In this document: positions 63,401 to 64,000 of the stretch, piece by piece
Layout of the letters: each line of letters starts with the position of its first letter
Position numbering within the stretch: the stretch's first letter is position 1
Source: Leucoraja ocellata
Taxonomy: Eukaryota
Length of the DNA: 64,000 bases
NCBI GenBank assembly: GCA_036785375.1
Contig: JAWMAR010000211.1
Location: 2,914,001 to 2,978,000, forward strand
Reading direction: 5' to 3'
Translations under genes and position numbers: made by a program
Notes under the pieces: generated by a model
What the model saw: the letters and a program-made list of their open reading frames with translations, nothing else
The model's database searches: none
Told to the model about the DNA's origin: nothing

Positions 63401-64000
63401 GGTGCGACATTCACCATCTTTGGGTTTTTTGGTACCAAAGGTTCATATTAGGCTTCTTTAATAATAATACATTTTATTCATGGGCGCCTTTCAAGACTCT
63501 CAAGAACACCTTACAAAATTTAGTAAACAGAATACAAAACATGTAAGTGGAATGAAACAAAATAAAAAATAACGACACAAAAAAAAATAAAATAGTAAAG
63601 ACATCAACAATACACAATTCAAAGACACAATTCAAAGACACAATTCAAAGAGAGAGCAGCGACAGCTAATCATGCCATATATACTTTATGACCCCTTGTA
63701 TATCTTCTCCAGTTAGCTAGTCCCTCATGTACTTTTTTAGTGGGAGGGTAGACCCCTTTGGGGTGCACGCTGAACTGGTGGTAAGTTTCTTAATTCAATT
63801 TTTATCCTTGAATACTTGGTATATAACTACCAAGTGTGATAGTTTTTCATGTTTCCAACCCAGGTGTGATTTCCCCCCCCCCCCCCCCCCCCCCCCCCTA
63901 TTAGTACAAACCTTTCACCTTTTATGTGATGGTAGGAACCATACTTATCTGTCTTCACTGTTGTTTAGTGGTGTGTTCATTTCTTCGGTTTCTGGTTCCT
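60456..64000 (-). mobile_element. DIRS1-type element copy C (same family as copy B; 5' part beyond the window), with a Penelope insertion (about 62355-62455) and an L2-like tail insertion (about 63458-63680)
   Basis: Terminus AATAGTAA at 60456; ICR at 60681-60793; YR reading frame 61154-61837; high similarity to 22052-26130. Confidence 0.92.

Noticed and set aside
63872-63898. Long poly-C tract (others near 14340, 21526, 23630, 29666 and 48682)
   Set aside because: Homopolymer expansions inside repeats; lengths are unreliable in assemblies and there is no functional evidence.

Overview
Vertebrate genomic DNA, almost certainly from a cartilaginous fish (skate/ray or shark, inferred from HE1-like V-SINEs and HER1/CR1 LINEs). 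The only host gene I can support is four internal + strand exons (171, 72, 124 and 133 bp, all AG...GT, phases join in frame) of terminal deoxynucleotidyl transferase (DNTT/TdT, Pol X family), matching mammalian exons 4-7 as I recall them. I found neither exons 1-3 nor exons 8-11, so the flanking introns appear to exceed 19 kb and 27 kb. The rest is a dense, nested transposon landscape. It holds three DIRS1-type tyrosine-recombinase retrotransposons, all antisense to DNTT: a full-length decayed copy with gag/RT/RNase H/methyltransferase-like/YR, ITRs and ICR, plus two copies of an apparently non-autonomous family with shared RNase H lesions. It also holds more than 20 Penelope-like pLTR fragments carrying a hammerhead-ribozyme-like core, often as inverted pairs. 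The remainder comprises CR1, Rex1/Babar, L1, Tx1, L2 and Vingi-like LINE pieces, HE1 SINEs, Harbinger-like MITEs, a hAT-like element with a 7-bp TSD and a solo LTR. Repeat boundaries are approximate unless a TSD or TIR is quoted.
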